IMG/VR virus record: IMGVR_UViG_3300034050_000451
Location: 186,001-250,000 of that record
Direction: 5' to 3' (one strand)
Length of the DNA: 64,000 nucleotides
Shown: one piece after another, positions 18,670 to 27,868 of the stretch
How positions within the stretch are numbered: position 1 is the first letter of the stretch
How the letters are laid out: every line of letters starts with the position of its first letter
Position numbers and translations under genes: made by a program
The notes under the pieces: generated by a model
Told to the model about the DNA's origin: nothing
What the model saw: only the letters and a program-made list of their open reading frames with translations
Database searches by the model: none

Positions 18670-19995
18670 TTAATTGTCTAAATAAATCCAATCGGAATGT
18701 TTATCCGATTTTAGTTTCTGTCTTACTCTTTCAGATGAGATACCAAAATGGTTACCAGCATCTTCCATTGAATAGAATTCAATTCCATCACAACTTATAA
18801 CTGGTATTTCTAATCTAATATTATTATCCCACATATCCATCATTTCACCATAGGTAATATCATTACTATCCACCCGTTTCCAATGTCTATATTTGGGATT
18901 GTTTGATTCAATATAATTTCTAGCAATTTGTTCGGTGAAATCTCCACCAATTAAATCTGCTATTTGTTTTGGGTTCTCAAACGGAACTCCATCTACTTCG
19001 TATTTTATATGTGGGTTGGTTTCTTCACCAATGATTTGCCACTCTTTGTAAGATGATTTAGTACTTCTACATCTTCTCTCTACTTCAGATGCAACTAACT
19101 TATCTGCATCCACATCAATTGCCGCATGTCTAAATGATAGGTATTCCTTCCCATCTACTTTACACATAGGTTCACCACCTTCAATCTCAATAGTTGCGAT
19201 ATCAGGGTTTCCTTTTACAAAAATTAGAATGTTTTGATGAACTGATGGTATTTTACGATTTCTATCAAAGTAAGTTTTACCAACTCGTGAAGCTTGGTGT
19301 TGAGAATTGAATAGAATCATATCATTATAGAATTCCATTCCAGCTGATTCCAACATATCTATGGTTTTACGAACCAAACCTCTATATCTACCTTTAGAAT
19401 ACTTACCAGTTACGGATGGTTCTCTAACTTCAGATACTACAATCCCAAAGAATCGGTTATCTTTTAGTTTTTGAACTGATTTTAGGAGTATTGATTCATA
19501 TACTTTATCAAATGAATCCACATCCATATTGGAAATATCATTCACATCATCAGTATAAATCTCCAAATCGTAGTAAGGTGGGCATGTAAATACAAAATCA
19601 AATGATTCATCGGCTACCTTGTCCAATTCCTCATTCGAATCACCATTAATCCATAAGGGTTTTTTTGATTGCTCTTTGTTGGCTTTTACTTGTGATTTGG
19701 ATAAATCAATTCCAACGTATCTTCGGTTCATCTCTTCACATACGATACCTCTCACACTACCACCAGCGAATGGGTCTAATACCATTCCACCTTTGGGTGA
19801 GAACCAATCGTACATCAATTCACAAAGTACTGGGTCAAATACGGAAACTGAATTGGGTGTATCCCAAAAGATAGTTTTGGATTGAGTATCCTCTCTACCT
19901 AATTCAGATTGGATACCATAATTAGTAATCCAATATTCCTTTCTTTGCTTCCATTCCTTTGTTCTAGTATCTAATACTGAAAAGGGTGTAAACAT
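18670..19995 (-). CDS. amino-DNA methyltransferase fused to three NUMOD1-like HTH repeats (start revised to 19995)
   Basis: LDPFAGGS, TCPPY and C-terminal VDGxxYxSxxxAA repeats. Confidence 0.75.
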   Translation of the reverse strand: MFTPFSVLDTRTKEWKQRKEYWITNYGIQSELGREDTQSKTIFWDTPNSVSVFDPVLCELMYDWFSPKGGMVLDPFAGGSVRGIVCEEMNRRYVGIDLSKSQVKANKEQSKKPLWINGDSNEELDKVADESFDFVFTCPPYYDLEIYTDDVNDISNMDVDSFDKVYESILLKSVQKLKDNRFFGIVVSEVREPSVTGKYSKGRYRGLVRKTIDMLESAGMEFYNDMILFNSQHQASRVGKTYFDRNRKIPSVHQNILIFVKGNPDIATIEIEGGEPMCKVDGKEYLSFRHAAIDVDADKLVASEVERRCRSTKSSYKEWQIIGEETNPHIKYEVDGVPFENPKQIADLIGGDFTEQIARNYIESNNPKYRHWKRVDSNDITYGEMMDMWDNNIRLEIPVISCDGIEFYSMEDAGNHFGISSERVRQKLKSDKHSDWIYLDN

Positions 19996-20014
19996 ATAAC
20001 ATATTTTATAAACA

Positions 20015-20052
20015 CAAAGATACAAAAAAAGCTTGGTATATCCAAGCTTTTC
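20015..20052 (-). promoter_or_regulatory. promoter overlapping a terminator-like hairpin
   Basis: AAAAGCTTGG-ATATA-CCAAGCTTTT plus TGTATCTTTG. Confidence 0.65.
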
Positions 20053-20077
20053 TTTAATTATTTTTTATTAGGTGATA

Positions 20078-20527
20078 TTATTCACCATCAACCACAACTT
20101 CAGTTGTAGTTTCAGTTGTTGGAGCTGCTGTTGGTGCAGGTTCCATCGGACCAGCCGGAGTCACACTTCCAGATGTAGGTGACCAAGGTAAATCAGTTTC
20201 ACCAACTTCTTTAATAGCGTATTCTTTTTGGTTGATTTGCTTTAAGATTTGTTCATTGATGTGAGCCATATAATTAGTTGGTGCACTACCAGATACTATA
20301 TTTTGAATCCAACCTAATACAACTTCTTCAGTAAGTTGCTCATAAGGAATAAATCCCGCCTCATCAGCATCAGGAATATCCAATGGAGTTGCTCCACTAA
20401 ATGTACCTTCAGTACCATTTTCATTAGTACCAATTAATTTCCATTGGGTTCCAATTACTAAATCAGTTAAATCAGCAGTATCTTGCTTTTTTAAACCCGT
20501 TAATTTCCATTCGTATGTTAATGCCAT
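20078..20527 (-). CDS. putative tail-fibre-associated protein
   Basis: YEWKLTGL...FIPYEQLTEEVVLGWI...LPW family; putative late motif at 20553. Confidence 0.6.
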   Translation of the reverse strand: MALTYEWKLTGLKKQDTADLTDLVIGTQWKLIGTNENGTEGTFSGATPLDIPDADEAGFIPYEQLTEEVVLGWIQNIVSGSAPTNYMAHINEQILKQINQKEYAIKEVGETDLPWSPTSGSVTPAGPMEPAPTAAPTTETTTEVVVDGE

Positions 20528-20587
20528 AATAAATCTTTTTTTGTTTTCTTATTATAAATATATATCTTTTTTGTTTTCGCTATTTTT

Positions 20588-21187
20588 TTAGTGAATATGT
20601 TTAACTTCATGCCCTTCCCAACCTTTAGTTGGTTTTGAATTAGGAAAATCAAAACATTTCCACTTCTTTTGTTTTGAAAAATAGATATGTTTAACCATTG
20701 ATGTTGGAACATGTCCTCCGGTTGGTAGGACTTTATGTCCTTTTCCAAATACCAACTCAACTTTAACTTTTAGTTTTTCGGTATCATCCCATTTTCTTTC
20801 CTGCTCTTCTAACATTCTCCACTCACCTCTATTCATATATTGGTCTTGTAGTGCACAATTCAAATATGAAAACGTTTGTTTTAAATTTTCTATATTATCA
20901 GAAAATGTAGCTGCTGGTGCTAAGTGACCCTTATCATATACATTTGTACGATAATCATTAGCATCTGATGTATGTACATCCTTTTCAGTATAAAAATCCA
21001 TAGAACCTCTATTCACATTTGTAGCTCTATTAGTTGATTCATATGTTAACCAAAGTGGTTGTTCGAATACCTCTGAATATAGTACTTCAAATATTGGGGT
21101 TTTTACCTTAACTTCATGTCGGTGAGAATCACCTGTAAATGAAAATAATATTAAAATAAATGGGATAAATAAACTTAATCTTTTCAT
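20588..21187 (-). CDS. DNA/RNA non-specific endonuclease (NucA/EndoG family) with signal peptide
   Basis: YDKGHLAPA and NCALQ..MNRGEW..LE motifs; hydrophobic N-terminus. Confidence 0.9.
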   Translation of the reverse strand: MKRLSLFIPFILILFSFTGDSHRHEVKVKTPIFEVLYSEVFEQPLWLTYESTNRATNVNRGSMDFYTEKDVHTSDANDYRTNVYDKGHLAPAATFSDNIENLKQTFSYLNCALQDQYMNRGEWRMLEEQERKWDDTEKLKVKVELVFGKGHKVLPTGGHVPTSMVKHIYFSKQKKWKCFDFPNSKPTKGWEGHEVKHIH

Positions 21188-21190
21188 TTC

Positions 21191-22048
21191 TTATTTTGCT
21201 AGTTTCTTTTCATTATATGAATCTACGAATTTCTCCATCAACTCAGCCGGTATTGGTTCGTTAGCCAATTTCTCAGCAATCATCTGAGCGAATTTCTCCA
21301 TATATACATCTTCATTCTCTTCTTCATCTCCAGCAAATATTGCCGCTTTACCTACTCCTTTTAAAATCGTTTCACCTACTACGTGAGGAATAAACTCCAT
21401 AGCAACGTGTTGACCGAATGCAGCAGCTCCGTGTGCTAATCCACCGGTTGCAGCTCCAAATAGAGCAGTTGTTACAACTTTAATAGCTACTGCTTTTAAA
21501 GCCTTCTTTTGGTGGTCATTCATCTCTTCACCTTTAAATAGTGATTTAACTGCACCACCTGCAGTTTTGAATTCTTCTACTTCACCTTTAGCGCCCTTTT
21601 TAACAGCTTCCCAAGCTCCTTTAGCTTTATCTGAAATTGCGTGTCCCCAACTTCTTCTTTCCTTAGAACCTCCTTTATGTGAATCAGATTTAAAGAATTC
21701 TTTTTCTTCTTTGGCCCATCCTTTGATTTTATCACTAATTCTACCAACTGCTTCCTTAGCCTTAGCAGCCAATCCCTTTTCGTAATCGGTTTTCTCAGCC
21801 GGTTCCTTTGTAGGTTCTTCGGCCGCTTTTGGAGTTTCTCCTCCAGCTTTCTTATCAGCTGGTTTATCAAATATATTTACTTTAGGTTTAGGAGGTGCAC
21901 CAGCATCTCCCTTTTCAGGTTCTTCATAATCGCCGGATTTAATTGCAGCATCTCTGGTTTCTCTTGAACCAAAGTTTACTACCTTACCCGTTTTTGTTGA
22001 TTTTGCTACGAAGCTTTCTTCGTTCAACAAGTCCATTAATTTTATCAT
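21191..22048 (-). CDS. putative head-internal/ejection protein
   Basis: MIKLMDLLNE signal, a module shared with 42533-43513, and Gly/Ala hydrophobic helices. Confidence 0.5.
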   Translation of the reverse strand: MIKLMDLLNEESFVAKSTKTGKVVNFGSRETRDAAIKSGDYEEPEKGDAGAPPKPKVNIFDKPADKKAGGETPKAAEEPTKEPAEKTDYEKGLAAKAKEAVGRISDKIKGWAKEEKEFFKSDSHKGGSKERRSWGHAISDKAKGAWEAVKKGAKGEVEEFKTAGGAVKSLFKGEEMNDHQKKALKAVAIKVVTTALFGAATGGLAHGAAAFGQHVAMEFIPHVVGETILKGVGKAAIFAGDEEENEDVYMEKFAQMIAEKLANEPIPAELMEKFVDSYNEKKLAK

Positions 22049-22797
22049 TTCTTAATCAGATTAGATTTTTTTAATATTCTAGCAGTTGCTACCCATTTTT
22101 TTCCAATTGGATTATAAAGTGGTTTTCTTAAGAACGCATCTACTGCTTGTTGTACTGGTCTATTTACCGGTTTGTAAACGGTATTATCTACAATTACAAA
22201 GTTACCACTAAACATACCTTGGAATGCTCCTAAGTTATTTTGACAATCTTTCCAAATTTTGGTTACCAACTCATCCGATAGAACTCTATCTCGGTTTTTA
22301 TTTCTTTCCAATGCTACTTCCAATGATGTATTTACAAACACCATTGAACAATCATATCCTAATGATTCAGCATGTTCCATTTTCTTTTTAATCTTAGATA
22401 CCTCATCTCCGGTTCCATCGATAATCATACCCAATCTACCAGCTTCATAAAAAGCTCTTTGTTTATCGGTAATCGCTTTTGCTTTTCCTCTAATTGAATT
22501 ATCTCCCTTAGTGATTAAATCCCAAAGTTCCGGGTCATTCTTTTCAATGTTACCCAACTCCTTCATATCAATACCATTATCTTTAAGACCCTTCTCAAAT
22601 GCAGTATCAGAATTTACTAATTTCAATCCACCAGCAGATACCGATGAAAATGCAGATTTACCCACTCCAAATATCTCTTTAGCAGTAAATGATTTCCCAC
22701 TTCCAGGTCCTCCTGCCATAAATACACATTTTAAGATTCCCGGGTCATCAACACCCTCACTTAGAATCCCTTTAATTATTTCCTTTAAACTTATCAT
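22045..22797 (-). CDS. zeta-toxin/AAA_33-like P-loop kinase
   Basis: FMAGGPGSGKS, NSD, IIDGT and ALERNKNR motifs. Confidence 0.8.
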   Translation of the reverse strand: MISLKEIIKGILSEGVDDPGILKCVFMAGGPGSGKSFTAKEIFGVGKSAFSSVSAGGLKLVNSDTAFEKGLKDNGIDMKELGNIEKNDPELWDLITKGDNSIRGKAKAITDKQRAFYEAGRLGMIIDGTGDEVSKIKKKMEHAESLGYDCSMVFVNTSLEVALERNKNRDRVLSDELVTKIWKDCQNNLGAFQGMFSGNFVIVDNTVYKPVNRPVQQAVDAFLRKPLYNPIGKKWVATARILKKSNLIKK

Positions 22798-23210
22798 TAT
22801 CTTATTTTATTTAAATTCTTTACTATTGAGGTTACTTCACTATTATCAAAATTATGTTCCGATGATATTTGTGACCGGTTTATGGTTTTCCATATCGGAG
22901 TTCCATTTATAGTGATATCGGATAGTATATCGTTTTTACTTCTACATCCGTTATAATCACAATACTTCCCACCATACAAAACACAAACGTGAACCATCGC
23001 TTTCGTTTCCGGTTCTATTATAGCTACATACTTACCTCTATTTCCTAAATACTTATTCAGACCATCAGCAAATGTATAACATCCTCCACTCATATACCAA
23101 TCTGTCCAATTGGTATCTTTTCTATATTGTTCTAATGTATCATCTAAATCCGATACACTTATCACAACCTCATTTAGTACTTCATAGATAATTTCTTTTA
23201 AACTTATCAT
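22797..23210 (-). CDS. putative Cys-His-Asp (papain/transglutaminase-like) enzyme
   Basis: GGCYTFA...VHVCV...YCDYNG. Confidence 0.5.
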   Translation of the reverse strand: MISLKEIIYEVLNEVVISVSDLDDTLEQYRKDTNWTDWYMSGGCYTFADGLNKYLGNRGKYVAIIEPETKAMVHVCVLYGGKYCDYNGCRSKNDILSDITINGTPIWKTINRSQISSEHNFDNSEVTSIVKNLNKIR

Positions 23211-23211
23211 A

Positions 23212-23982
23212 TTAATACTTTTTAATTTGCTTATAATCTAATATAGATATTGGTTTTACAATTATTTCGTTCCAAAGTGAGGTTTTGTTCTCAGTACAAT
23301 TCACTAAATCCGTACATAGATTATTCTCATTATCCGGGTATGAAAAACGGAATAAGTTAGCTGCCCGATTTCCTCTATCAGTTGCAAATGATTTTACATC
23401 TGATTTAAATGCGGCTACTAACTCTCCTCTTATCTTTACCAATATATTACTCTCCGGTCTAAAGAACTCCTTTGCTTGGGTAGTAAACGTTGATATAGAA
23501 AAACTATACCCACTTCGGATACTATCTGCAAGGTTTCTGAATCCCTCCTCAGATGTCCAATGGTACGTTACCACCTCAGAACCTACGTTACCATAAGTAT
23601 CCTTAGTAAACGATTTATCCAATAGAATATAAGGTTCAATTGCTCCTCTACTATTAAAGAACGCAATCCTATCATTGTTTATGTTCTTTATATAATCCCC
23701 AAACTCATCTCTGATTCCCCATATCCTATGGTTTACAAAATCTTCAATAAAGTCTAAAACGTTTTTCTTGGTCAAATCCCCATACAAATCGGTTTCAACC
23801 CATAGTTGATATCCAAAATAAGTATCTATAAGTTCCATCATCTTCGGGTCCGTAGGTAAAACCCCACCCCTAGTATCGGAACCACCCTTTTGTAGGTCTA
23901 AAAAACGCTTAGAGATACGTTCCCACTCTCCAATAGTGTGGAACGAATCCTCCGGTTTTTGATATCCTCTTACTTTGTACAT
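23212..23982 (-). CDS. hypothetical protein, possible ADP-ribosyltransferase fold at C-terminus
   Basis: YHWTS...ISTFT...WNEIIV. Confidence 0.45.
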   Translation of the reverse strand: MYKVRGYQKPEDSFHTIGEWERISKRFLDLQKGGSDTRGGVLPTDPKMMELIDTYFGYQLWVETDLYGDLTKKNVLDFIEDFVNHRIWGIRDEFGDYIKNINNDRIAFFNSRGAIEPYILLDKSFTKDTYGNVGSEVVTYHWTSEEGFRNLADSIRSGYSFSISTFTTQAKEFFRPESNILVKIRGELVAAFKSDVKSFATDRGNRAANLFRFSYPDNENNLCTDLVNCTENKTSLWNEIIVKPISILDYKQIKKY

Positions 23983-24110
23983 AGACTCGAAATTGGGTTG
24001 TTACTTAACTCCCCTATAAATATGGATAATTTCCATTTTTGGTTGCTTCCCATATCCCTTCCCCAGCTTCTAATGTAAGAGATACTAACCTCTTCCAAAA
24101 CCTTTTTAGT

Positions 24111-24320
24111 TTATCCCTCATATGGTATCTCCATCTGCCTATCTACTAAAGTTCGTTCGGTTTCACCACTTTGACGGGAGTATATCGTTTTTCCCTTATC
24201 CGGGGATTCAAAGATTTTCTCCCCAGTTGTGGATTCTCTCCAATACGCTCTACGGATAACATTTCCCAACTCAGCATCGTTTGGGTATTTGTTGATTAAC
24301 TCTATAATTTTATTGTCCAT
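24111..24320 (-). CDS. hypothetical protein
   Basis: YPNDAELG and IFESPDKGKTIY phage micro-motifs. Confidence 0.65.
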   Translation of the reverse strand: MDNKIIELINKYPNDAELGNVIRRAYWRESTTGEKIFESPDKGKTIYSRQSGETERTLVDRQMEIPYEG

Positions 24321-24520
24321 CCTTTTAAAAAATTTATTCTTAAGTAATACAATGTACTACATATCCCCTTATCCTTAAACTCCTTATACGTCTTTAACTT
24401 CTCATCGGTTTGAAGTAAATCCCTTTCCCATTTTGGTTGTATTCCCAAGCGGCTTTGTATTTCGTATATAAATCTTTCTAATCTACTACGTTGTGGATTC
24501 GGATGTGCGGAGTTATTCAT
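24302..24520 (-). CDS. hypothetical protein (start revised to 24520)
   Basis: MNNSAH start downstream of the putative late motif. Confidence 0.5.
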   Translation of the reverse strand: MNNSAHPNPQRSRLERFIYEIQSRLGIQPKWERDLLQTDEKLKTYKEFKDKGICSTLYYLRINFLKGWTIKL

Positions 24521-24587
24521 ATAGTAATAAGTGTAAGGATAGCTAAATGTAATATTCAAATATAAGTATAAATATAACAAAACTATC

Positions 24588-24649
24588 AAAAAAATTAAGG
24601 TTGCGACTCACCCCCCACCGAATCGATGAAAAGGAGGTATCCCCTTAAT
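24588..24649 (-). other. GC-rich long hairpin with U-tract (terminator or small RNA) containing anti-SD-like ACCTCCTT
   Basis: Stems ATTAAGG/CCTTAAT, ACCTCC/GGGGGT and CATCG/CGGTG. Confidence 0.5.
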
Positions 24650-24769
24650 CCCAATAACTAAATTTCATCTACACCATCTACATGCGTATCTCCATACTCA
24701 TCATCGGTGTGGGGTTCGTTATTCCACTCTTCATTAAAATACTTAAAAGTTGGATATTTGATTTCCATC

Positions 24770-24964
24770 TTAAAATATATTAATTACAATTTTTGCTATT
24801 TGATTTTGTGATACCCGAATGGGTACTATTGTATCCCCTGTTATAGGGTTGATTAGAAGTCTACCATCGTTCAACATTTTGTTTTGGGCCGCTGTAAGTG
24901 ATTCCAATATCTTTTTAGTGATAAGTGGGTCTTGTACTTCTGCCTCTGATAGTAAACCAAACAT
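24770..24964 (-). CDS. hypothetical protein
   Basis: 64-aa ORF. Confidence 0.5.
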   Translation of the reverse strand: MFGLLSEAEVQDPLITKKILESLTAAQNKMLNDGRLLINPITGDTIVPIRVSQNQIAKIVINIF

Positions 24965-24975
24965 AATCTATTCTC

Positions 24976-25251
24976 CTAATAAGATAATTTAACCCCTACA
25001 ATGCATTCTACCAATCCTTCGTACTTTGAATCAATTGGTGTGATTGATGTTATAATCCATTTTGATTTTTGAAAATTAAGTACTCCTCCTACCGATAATA
25101 CCGGTCCACCTTCAAAGTCAAACATTACCGTTTCACCGGAATCATTTGTTGATGTTCTTTGAAATTGAGATTCCCCAGTAATCCTAAGTCTATTGGTATC
25201 TAATTTTTCGATAACTCTCTCTAATCCGTATCTGCTTTTAATCATTTCCAT
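24976..25251 (-). CDS. conserved phage protein
   Basis: KSRYG...FDFEGGP motif. Confidence 0.7.
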   Translation of the reverse strand: MEMIKSRYGLERVIEKLDTNRLRITGESQFQRTSTNDSGETVMFDFEGGPVLSVGGVLNFQKSKWIITSITPIDSKYEGLVECIVGVKLSY

Positions 25252-25262
25252 ATCAATAAGTA

Positions 25263-25439
25263 TTATAGTTGATATTCTTTTAGTTTTTCATTATAAATAG
25301 TATCCAAAGATTCAATTAAATCCTTGTCATCATACATATTACTAAAATTATTTATTAATTTTTTCACACTTCCATTTGCCATTGCAGCGTATTGTGCAGT
25401 TTTAATTGTATTTAGTACTTTAAAGTATGCTTCTTTCAT
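25263..25439 (-). CDS. hypothetical protein (58 aa, missing from ORF track)
   Basis: MKEAYFKVLNTIKTAQ...; fills the gap and is coupled to the upstream stop. Confidence 0.6.
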   Translation of the reverse strand: MKEAYFKVLNTIKTAQYAAMANGSVKKLINNFSNMYDDKDLIESLDTIYNEKLKEYQL

Positions 25440-25897
25440 ATGATTCCTCTAATTTGTAATTCTGATTTAGTGTAACCAAGCTTACATTGTTTTTTATACC
25501 ACCAATATAAATCTTCAGTAGTACCCTTACCCCGCTTTCTTTCCATAGCCTTCTCCCATAAATCCTTTTCGAATTCTTCGGCTAATGCTCTTTGTAATTC
25601 TCGCAATCGTTTATTCTCATCAGTATTACCTACTTCATCTAACTTAAGAGCTTTTACTCTTTTAATTCTACCAGCATACAATGCCTCCATCTCTAATTGA
25701 GCTGGGTCTGAAATAAGTGCATTCTTTTTAGTCAATTCATAAGCTTCAATCGCAAGTTCTCTATTATACTTTGCCTCATCAAAATAAGGTGAAACTTCAA
25801 AATCACCATTTTGAATCCTTCGGAGTAATGGAGCTGATTTTGGTAGTGGCTTCTTTCTAAGTTTAGATGTGTACCAACGGAATTTATTATATGCCAT
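25436..25897 (-). CDS. hypothetical protein
   Basis: 153-aa ORF. Confidence 0.75.
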   Translation of the reverse strand: MAYNKFRWYTSKLRKKPLPKSAPLLRRIQNGDFEVSPYFDEAKYNRELAIEAYELTKKNALISDPAQLEMEALYAGRIKRVKALKLDEVGNTDENKRLRELQRALAEEFEKDLWEKAMERKRGKGTTEDLYWWYKKQCKLGYTKSELQIRGII

Positions 25898-25898
25898 A

Positions 25899-26162
25899 TT
25901 ACAATTTTTGGATTTGTTCTAATATATCAGTAACTTCTGTTTCTGATAAATACCCAATAACATCATCTGTAATTGGAGTATCATATGTCAAATCACCATC
26001 AGTACCTAATACTGCTAATTCATATTTTCCCCTATCACCACCATAGGTATATGGGGTCTTAACTACACTAGCACCATATCCATTTTCAAATATGATACGA
26101 CTCATCACACCTCCCATTCCGGCAGTATGTGGTTTAAATTCTAAATCTTTGAATGTTTTCAT
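25899..26162 (-). CDS. conserved phage protein (start revised to 26162)
   Basis: FENGYGASVV...YELAVL...TPITDDVIGYL motif. Confidence 0.75.
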   Translation of the reverse strand: MKTFKDLEFKPHTAGMGGVMSRIIFENGYGASVVKTPYTYGGDRGKYELAVLGTDGDLTYDTPITDDVIGYLSETEVTDILEQIQKL

Positions 26163-26369
26163 CTTTATCTTTTTTACGAATGCTTGTATATTATAGTAAT
26201 TCATATTTCAAATATACAAAAAATAATTCAAATAACCTAATTTCTTTCCAAAATCTTTTTTAATTGTGATTCTTTCAATAGTTTCTTTGGTTCTTGTTTT
26301 TTGGATTTGTCCTCTTCCAATGGAATTCGATAGTTCTTTACTAACTTTTCCATCCAATCTTTGGTGTCT

Positions 26370-27464
26370 TTACTCATACTCATTTCTATTTATTTTTATA
26401 ACATAAGGAAATCGGGGAATTCCATCCGGTGTTAGGTTAAAGTACTTAACAGTTGCTTCTTTACCTATCAAGGAATCTTTGTTTTCTAAAATCTCAGCTG
26501 TTTCAGCAAATGTCCCCTTTACATTTGATTTGAATCGCTTTCCATCTTTGGTATTAAATACCATATATCCACAAGTGCCGGTTCGGTTACCCTCACCTTC
26601 ACATATATCTAAAATCGTATATTCCTCATCTACAAAGGATTTATGCTTCAAAAGGTACTTACTTCGTTTATTCTCATAAAGTCCACCAGTACGAAGCATT
26701 TGCCCCTCATAACCCTGCTCAACATATTTACCATACAAATCCATAACACCAGCCTCATCCCTAACAGGGTGGGTTGTTACAAACTCACAAGTAGATGGTA
26801 ACTTAACACCATACAATGCTTTGAATCTTTCAACAAATTCACCACCATGTGATGGGAAATCATAGATATGGTATTTGATTACTTTTTTACATTCCTCTAA
26901 ATCAGATGGAGTTGGCTTTGTTTTTTTCACCAACGATACAATCTTATTGAAATCATTAGCGAACTTATCAGCGTACAATTCTCCATCAAATATTAGATTT
27001 GGATTCTCATCAAACAAATATTTCATTGATTCAAAAATGTGAGGTGCTGATACAATTGGTTTACCATTCCTACTAAACATACCATCTTTGGTAAGGATAC
27101 ATCGGATACCATCTAATTTTGGTTGAGAGAATATTGGGTATTCAATTTTATCTTTGTAATCTTCCCACTTGGCCGCCAACATAGGTTCAAAGTATTGTTT
27201 AGTATCAATGTTATTAATACTTTCAAAATAACCACTCTCTAACTTTTTAGTTCTCTTAGCTATTGCTTCTTTAAGAGCTTGTTCGTTATCAGTAGTACCA
27301 TTTGCTTTACCTTCATTTTTACCATACACAACTGTCCATGTGTTTGTGGTAATTACTCCACCACATTGTCCACTATGAGTTCTGTATTTATTATCGGATA
27401 CTTCAATTGTCCACTCTTGAGTTGCACCTGTCTTAGTTTTTTTGTAAATCGTTTCTAATTTCAT
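26370..27464 (-). CDS. ATP-dependent DNA ligase
   Basis: QPKLDGIR, DGELY, EGQMLR, LLKHK and PRFP motifs. Confidence 0.95.
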   Translation of the reverse strand: MKLETIYKKTKTGATQEWTIEVSDNKYRTHSGQCGGVITTNTWTVVYGKNEGKANGTTDNEQALKEAIAKRTKKLESGYFESINNIDTKQYFEPMLAAKWEDYKDKIEYPIFSQPKLDGIRCILTKDGMFSRNGKPIVSAPHIFESMKYLFDENPNLIFDGELYADKFANDFNKIVSLVKKTKPTPSDLEECKKVIKYHIYDFPSHGGEFVERFKALYGVKLPSTCEFVTTHPVRDEAGVMDLYGKYVEQGYEGQMLRTGGLYENKRSKYLLKHKSFVDEEYTILDICEGEGNRTGTCGYMVFNTKDGKRFKSNVKGTFAETAEILENKDSLIGKEATVKYFNLTPDGIPRFPYVIKINRNEYE

Positions 27465-27796
27465 CGTAATATGAATTTTAATACATTGTATTTTATTTTG
27501 TGGAATTTATTGAATGTTCGAGGTGACCATACTTTGTGGTCTTGCAACTCATCCAATTGCTTTGCTAAAGTATTCCTTAAAAAGAACAAATCACCCTCCC
27601 ATCTAAATCTAAATCGGTTTGTGTAATTTGGTAAGAAACATAAAAATTTAAATAAATAATAAGAATGCAATCCCTTTGTTATTTTCAGAATTTCAACACC
27701 CCATTGTTCATAAGGTCCGTTGATGTATATATTAAGTAATTTTATATTTAAATTGAACTTTCGCATTTTCCAATCTATTGTTTGGAGTATTTTCAT
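27461..27796 (-). CDS. hypothetical protein
   Basis: 111-aa ORF coupled to the ligase. Confidence 0.6.
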   Translation of the reverse strand: MKILQTIDWKMRKFNLNIKLLNIYINGPYEQWGVEILKITKGLHSYYLFKFLCFLPNYTNRFRFRWEGDLFFLRNTLAKQLDELQDHKVWSPRTFNKFHKIKYNVLKFILR

Positions 27797-27820
27797 AGTT
27801 AATCTTTTTTTTTGAATTTA

Positions 27821-27850
27821 GAGATTCAGGGGGGTATTACCCCCCATCTC
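27821..27850 (-). terminator. hairpin downstream of the AAA gene
   Basis: GAGAT-GGGGGG-TAATA-CCCCCC-TGA-ATCTC. Confidence 0.6.
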
Positions 27851-27868
27851 ATTTATAATTGATTAACC

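Noticed and set aside
25292-25299. TATAAATA as a late promoter
   Set aside because: It lies inside the small ORF 25263..25439 and is probably chance in AT-rich DNA.
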